Below, in pieces: positions 62,715 to 63,566 of a DNA stretch of 63,566 nucleotides. Origin of the DNA: Octopus bimaculoides. Lineage: Eukaryota. Position 1 is the stretch's first letter. The number at the start of each line of letters is the position of its first letter. The notes beneath the pieces are model-generated. The model was not told the origin of the DNA. It saw only the letters and a list, made by a program, of their open reading frames with translations, and did no database searches. The position numbers were made by a program, and so were the translations under genes. The stretch spans positions 116,700,022-116,763,587 of the forward strand of contig NC_068984.1 of NCBI RefSeq assembly GCF_001194135.2. The letters run 5' to 3'.

Positions 62715-63090
62715 NNNNNNNNNNNNNNNNNNNNNNNNNNNNNNNNNNNNNNNNNNNNNNNNNNNNNNNNNNNNNNNNNNNNNNNNNNNNNNNNNNNNNN
62801 NNNNNNNNNNNNNNNNNNNNNNNNNNNNNNNNNNNNNNNNNNNNNNNNNNNNNNNNNNNNNNNNNNNNNNNNNNNNNNNNNNNNNNNNNNNNNNNNNNNN
62901 NNNNNNNNNNNNNNNNNNNNNNNNNNNNNNNNNNNNNNNNNNNNNNNNNNNNNNNNNNNNNNNNNNNNNNNNNNNNNNNNNNNNNNNNNNNNNNNNNNNN
63001 NNNNNNNNNNNNNNNNNNNNNNNNNNNNNNNNNNNNNNNNNNNNNNNNNNNNNNNNNNNNNNNNNNNNNNNNNNNNNNNNNNNNNNNNNN

Positions 63091-63134
<44 letters not shown>

Positions 63135-63566
63135 CACACGTAAATATGCCCACATGTGTGTATGTGTATATCTTTATATGTGTACGTATAAGTGAATATA
63201 TACATGTATACGCCTGTGTGGGTATGAATATATGTATGCGTATGCATATGTAAATGAACAAATATTTGCACTTATCCTTTTTATATTTTCTCTTATTTTC
63301 TCTTAGTTTTTCTTCGTATTTTCCTCGTTTTTTTTTTTTTAATTGCAACAGTGTATATAAATACATACACAAATCGTAAATAACTAAGCTCTCTTATATT
63401 CGAGATTTAAACTTTTGAATTAATTCTGCACGAATCACCCAAATAACAAAAGCTTTTCCAATCACCTCCAATTTCATCACCACGTTACCTAAGTTAGTAA
63501 ATTATATATACATATACATTATATATACATATACATTATATATATATATATATATATATGTATATA

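Noticed and set aside
63440-63500. Hammerhead-like GTGATGA..GAAAAGCTTTT on minus
   Set aside because: Stem I register and stem II do not fit the core position.

Overview
AT-rich animal genomic DNA from a draft short-read assembly, with about 22 N-gaps totalling roughly 9 kb, most flanked by microsatellites. The SINE, LINE and microsatellite landscape looks like octopus/cephalopod DNA (inference from repeat recognition, not a search). No intact gene, rRNA, true tRNA or CRISPR is visible; most ORFs in the track are artefacts of N-runs, microsatellites or SINE antisense. The window is a transposon graveyard: about 35 tRNA-headed SINE copies or fragments of four families, non-LTR remnants (R4/Dong-like, RTE, CR1/L2-like, Penelope-like), two mariner fossils, a Tc1 element with D36E spacing, a DD37D-like element, several MITEs and a ~6.5 kb fossil Helitron split by nested insertions and a small inversion. 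Two candidate exons of a minus-strand host gene (39588-39696 and 5447-5614) may span the window. The most interesting signal is a set of four minimal type I hammerhead-ribozyme-like motifs in short Penelope-like terminal fragments, each with a different palindromic stem III. One of them (24185-24235) has an intact fold with a swapped G3:C8 core (GUGAACA) that standard CUGANGA searches would miss. Repeat boundaries are approximate unless termini are quoted; all family assignments come from motif recognition by eye.
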